From NCBI GenBank assembly GCA_003427395.1, contig BFEA01000018.1, positions 3,006,622-3,060,024 on the forward strand: 53,403 nt of DNA. Direction: 5' to 3'. The notes below the pieces were generated by a model. The model was not told where the DNA came from. It made no database searches and saw nothing but the letters and a program-made list of their open reading frames with translations. Positions 48,797 through 53,403 of the stretch are shown here, in pieces. The translations under genes and the position numbers were made by a program. The stretch is from Chara braunii (Eukaryota; Plantae; Charophyceae). How positions within the stretch are numbered: position 1 is the stretch's first letter; every line of letters begins with the position of its first letter.

Positions 48797-49052
48797 NNNN
48801 NNNNNNNNNNNNNNNNNNNNNNNNNNNNNNNNNNNNNNNACACACACACACACACCCGTGACGGCCAAAGCCTACCAATACCAACCTGGTGGAGCAAGCC
48901 AACTATCTCAGTTGGGGGGGGGGGGGTGGTTTGGCTAACGCAAAGATGGAGCATATTGCCAGTAGCTGCACCTCCCGTCTACTTCCCCCGGCCCCATCGA
49001 GTAACAGCAGTGCCTATGGCCATCACTCATGCGCCACACATGACTCCACACA

Positions 49053-49104
<52 letters not shown>

Positions 49105-49260
49105 CACACACGTGACGGCCAAAGCCTACCAATACCAACCTGGTGGAGCAAGCCAACTATCTCAGTTGGTTGGCACTGAGCGTGCCCAGCCGGTCAGTGG
49201 GGATTGAACCCACGACCTCCTGAATACCACTTGCGTGCCTAGCCAACTGAGCTAGGCCGC
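48215..49260 (-). mobile_element. Putative tRNA-derived SINE with a LINE-related 3' tail
   Basis: tRNA-like head at 49260-49189, body with a (TG)n-containing duplicated unit, LINE-type 3' stem-loops at 48240-48415, A13 tail at 48215-48227. No clear TSD. Confidence 0.62.
49189..49260 (-). promoter_or_regulatory. tRNA-like head with Pol III A and B boxes (not a functional tRNA)
   Basis: A box TAGCTCAGTTGG; T-arm GTGGG-TTCAATC-CCCAC; anticodon and acceptor stems do not pair. Confidence 0.82.
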
Positions 49261-50186
49261 TTGATCTGCATAAAATATATGCATGGTGGGCAAGGCCAGT
49301 GGTGCCTTAGGGTCTGGCACCACTAGTGCAAGGGCCAGGTACCACTAGTGCAAATTTCATGCTAAAAAGGATGAACCTGGCCGCTTTTGAGACCAAGATT
49401 ATGTTCTCGAAGCAGGAACATAGAATCAGTGGGACCTGGTTCTTAGGGCCAGGCTCTGGTGGTGCTTTGTAGGTTCTATATTTGTGCGAAGTAGGCACGA
49501 TCCTACTGTTTTCCCCTGAAAATATGGCATGACTACAGTGCACGTAGCTGAATGGTGCACACATAAAACTTTTCGTCAACAGAACACGACTTGGAATCCA
49601 GATGGAATTGGAAAAACACAAGAAATTTATGGGGTAACCCTCTTTGAAAAAGAGAAAAGATTCCCTGGCGATTGCCTCCTCATCGTTATCGGGCACTCCT
49701 GATTCAATAAGATGCCAAACAGGAAACACTTGGCCATAGTCATAATTACTTCCCAGTTTTCCACAGAATCTGGCCGTAGTTGCAGTCAGATACTTTCCAC
49801 AAAGTTCGACTGTGCCCTCCGAGATGAGCACGTACAGCAGTACCTAAGCTTTATGGTGCATATAGGCCCCATCTCCCATCCTCCTGCGGACCTGCGGGAA
49901 TGGTGGACATATCCGCAAAACTCCAAACAGGTTTGAGAAATGAGCACATATATGAGCAGTTCATCAAGTGGGTGAAAATCAGAGAAGTGTAGAGAAAGTG
50001 TGGGGACAGGGTTGGTTGATTGTTAGGGCCCTGATTTTTGCACTACCATGCTTGCACAAAACATATGAAGGCAGGGTTCGCTGTTGTGCCTGAATCCAGG
50101 AAAACAGAGGTACATCATGTATACCGCCTACCACGAAGATGTGTTTGGTGCATGGTTAATGATCTGGTTCTCGCAGGATGACTATT

Positions 50187-50234
50187 CCCTAAACCCTAAG
50201 CCCTAAACCTTGTTTAGGGGTTTAGGGTTTAGGG
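50187..50234. repeat. Short interstitial plant-type telomeric repeats, (CCCTAAA)3 then (TTTAGGG)3, imperfect
   Basis: CCCTAAACCCTAAGCCCTAAACCTTGTTTAGGGGTTTAGGGTTTAGGG. Confidence 0.75.
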
Positions 50235-50315
50235 CTTGGAGTTCCGCCAATGTTAGTGATTGAGGAGGGAGGGGGAGGAGAAAGAGGATATAAAGAATAC
50301 AAGATCGTAATGCTT

Positions 50316-50397
50316 ATGATGAAGATGATGATGAGGATGGTGGTGATGATGATTTAGAAGATGATGACAGCATTAATTATGGTGTTGCTGATGATCA

Positions 50398-50429
<32 letters not shown>

Positions 50430-50436
50430 AATGATC
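50316..50436. repeat. (GAT)n microsatellite
   Basis: Directly visible. Confidence 0.88.
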
Positions 50437-52277
50437 ATAGAGTTTGATGTCAGTGGAGCTCCCTTGCGTACCGTCTCACCACTGGTTTGCTGGAATTGGT
50501 GTTGGCTTGTGTTTTGTCGTGGCATTGGCTTGGCAGGGTGGTGTATCTGAAACTCGTTACTGCACCGACCATGAGCCTCTGTTCAGGTGATGTTTGATTG
50601 CCTGGTTTGACAAGAATGGAGTAACGGTGCCTCCTCAAAGATGTTAACCTTCACTACCTTTCACAGTTAAAATCTAAATCGAAAATATAACCTACACCGC
50701 ATTCTCCGGAGGGTGGGCGCCACCGGACCAAAATGGCTGGCACCGCCATCCAAAACAAAAGCAAAAAGGTTGCGCTGGTGCTTCAGCAAAGCTTGGCACG
50801 TAGTTCTACTCCGCCTCGGCAAAAAGAGGCTCGGAGGTAGTGCTGGTTTTAAGAGGGGAGGGAGGGGGGGAAGAGGGGAGGGAAGTAATGGAGTAACAGG
50901 ACTGCATCAAATTTTCTCAAACCAGGTTGCGTATGGCTAAATATGTGATTCAGAATCTTGTGATGGAGGGGGCAAAATAATGGGTTGAGGAAATTGCCTC
51001 CCAGCGCATCTGATCAGAGAGAGATTAGTCCTGTTTTTTTGATAAACCAACAGCACCTGAAAACATGTCTCTCTGATTATGAGGATCCCGAAACCCGAAA
51101 TGCACCAAAAGACAAGAAAAGCTTGTCTGGGTTTATTCAGGTCATGACAACTCTCAAAGAACCTCACCAGAGGACCGAGGGAAGCCATCCACCAAATGCA
51201 TAGTGGTTGTTCATTGCTTTGCAGCTGCAGATCAGTCTGCAGAGGGTGTTGGAAGCAAGGGCATACTGGAATGTTTGTGTGCACACATGTGAGGAGGACG
51301 TTGTTGACCACATGCCTTTTCTTTTTTTTTTTTTTGTGTGTGTGTTTGTGTTTGTGTGTGTGTTTGTGTTTGTTTGTGTGTGTGTGTGTNNNNNNNNNNN
51401 NNNNNNNNNNNNNNNNNNNNNNNNNNNNNNNNNNNNNNNNNNNNNNNNNNNNNNNNNNNNNNNNNNNNNNNNNNNNNNNNNNNNNNNNNNNNNNNNNNNN
51501 NNNNNNNNNNNNNNNNNNNNNNNNNNNNNNNNNNNNNNNNNNNNNNNNNNNNNNNNNNNNNNNNNNNNNNNNNNNNNNNNNNNNNNNNNNNNNNNNNNNN
51601 NNNNNNNNNNNNNNNNNNNNNNNNNNNNNNNNNNNNNNNNNNNNNNNNNNNNNNNNNNNNNNNNNNNNNNNNNNNNNNNNNNNNNNNNNNNNNNNNNNNN
51701 NNNNNNNNNNNNNNNNNNNNNNNNNNNNNNNNNNNNNNNNNNNNNNNNNNNNNNNNNNNNNNNNNNNNNNNNNNNNNNNNNNNNNNNNNNNNNNNNNNNN
51801 NNNNNNNNNNNNNNNNNNNNNNNNNNNNNNNNNNNNNNNNNNNNNNNNNNNNNNNNNNNNNNNNNNNNNNNNNNNNNNNNNNNNNNNNNNNNNNNNNNNN
51901 NNNNNNNNNNNNNNNNNNNNNNNNNNNNNNNNNNNNNNNNNNNNNNNNNNNNNNNNNNNNNNNNNNNNNNNNNNNNNNNNNNNNNNNNNNNNNNNNNNNN
52001 NNNNNNNNNNNNNNNNNNNNNNNNNNNNNNNNNNNNNNNNNNNNNNNNNNNNNNNNNNNNNNNNNNNNNNNNNNNNNNNNNNNNNNNNNNNNNNNNNNNN
52101 NNNNGCTACTAACACCCCCAGCCCCCTTTTTAAAGTTTTGAACCCCACCCCCCCCTTCCCTTGAAAGCCAGTTTCATTGTTGTCAATGTCTCCTGAAGCC
52201 AAAAAAAAAGAAGTCTCCTGAAGCCCGTGCTTCCTGAAACCAAAAAAAAAAAAAAAAAAAAAAGACCCACTTTTGGG

Positions 52278-52368
52278 CCCAACCGGCATTCCGGTTGGAC
52301 CACGGGGGGTCCAACCGGCCCGGTTGGATCCAACCCGGTCCAACCGGCCGGTTGCGGACACAGCCCTG
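52278..52368. mobile_element. Probable hAT-type transposon end with subterminal CCAACCGG/CCGGTTGG repeats
   Basis: Cluster of CCAACCGG motifs in both orientations ending in CACAGCCCTG (reverse complement CAGGGCTGTG). Partner end not seen; it may lie in the N gap. Confidence 0.5.
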
Positions 52369-53403
52369 CTTGATTCATTATCAAACCGAGCTGACCCAGG
52401 TGAATCCTGAGATATTTTGCCCATCTAACTCCATCAGGATGTGTGCTAAAGCTCTTGCACAACAGTTAGTGTGCGGTGCATTTCTTTTCATAGGGAGAAT
52501 GAAAAACACGGATAAGTAGGCCTCCGCCTATTCCTGGCACTGGCCTCTTGTCTGTTAGTTGCCACACACTACTATCTTCAACCGAATAAAACGCCCGGTC
52601 ATTATTGCAGTATCTAGACTGAAAGTTGCCCCAAAAATACAACCGGCCGTTATATATTCAGGTGAACATGGTAGGCTGGCCGGTACAGTTTTATGAGCTC
52701 GGATGATTCAAATTTCAGGCTTGACAAAATAGGCTCGGGAGGACTGCTGGCTTAAACCACCAGTACTTGGCTCATACATCAGCCGTTGGTCGCTCACGGT
52801 AACGCGCAGTGAGTTTTGGGCCTGGGTGGCTGTTGATAAATCTCATCATGGCGCTATACACAGGAAGGAAGCGCCAGGTCCAGACATACACAGACGAAGA
52901 GGAGGGGATCAGACGAAGAAGAGGGGGAGAGATGGGAATGTCGTCAACACCAAGACTTTTCACAAGTCCCAAATAATCCCTCGTCGAAATGGCTGAAGCC
53001 CAAAAGTCGAGTCTGGATCCAATGTCACCAAGCTCTCTCTCTCTCTCTTTCTCTCGTAGTCTGCTGATGCAGTGAAGTCAGATAATGAGAGGGCAAGAGG
53101 GAGATGGTGGACTGAGAAGAGGAAGAAGAAGAACTCTCTCTCTCTCACGAGCCAGGTACTAACCTGTGAAGTTGGCGCTGTGCTGCAGGTACCTCGAAGA
53201 CGAAGCTGGAGCAACGGCGCTGCAGGTAAGTACCCCTGGCCTCCGCCCAATCTCTCTCTCTCTAGTACTATCCTAGCTATGGCGCCCAGCGCTGAAGACT
53301 ACAGCTACGCTACTAGCGCCCAGCGCTGAAGACTAATGCTAACGCTACTACTACTACTGCAGCGCTCCTCCAGAGTGCTGCTGCCGAATCCTGAAGACTA
53401 CTG

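Noticed and set aside
49189-49260. Functional tRNA gene
   Set aside because: Anticodon and acceptor stems do not pair; treated as a SINE head.
49307-49936. 174-aa minus-strand ORF and a plus-strand YL...DLREWW segment resembling a hAT dimerisation domain
   Set aside because: No further transposase motifs recognised; similarity too weak without a profile search.

Overview
Eukaryotic, repeat-dominated draft-assembly window with six large N gaps and one assembled Nextera mate-pair junction adapter. I found no intact host gene. A plant-type U2 snRNA sequence, a plant tRNA-Asp primer-binding site (PBS) and TTTAGGG repeats point to a streptophyte; the overall style resembles a charophyte alga such as Chara, which is inference only. 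Main content: (1) a 14.3-kb Gypsy-like, gag-only LTR element (925-15192, ACGT target-site duplication (TSD), Athila-type PBS) inserted in a short satellite, with unusually divergent ~4-kb LTRs; (2) several MITEs; (3) three U2 snRNA retro-fragments within 1.5 kb; (4) a decayed minus-strand L1/Tx1-type LINE split by a 2-kb solo LTR; (5) a covarying 3'-end RNA structure (loop CUCNUAUCA) shared by that LINE, an orphan tail and a tRNA-headed SINE; (6) an intronless pseudogene with a USP-like His box followed by two atypical RING-HC fingers; (7) arrays of covarying hairpins at 36.6-38.2 kb and another structured repeat at 35.7 and 46.4-46.8 kb. All identity figures are by-eye estimates.
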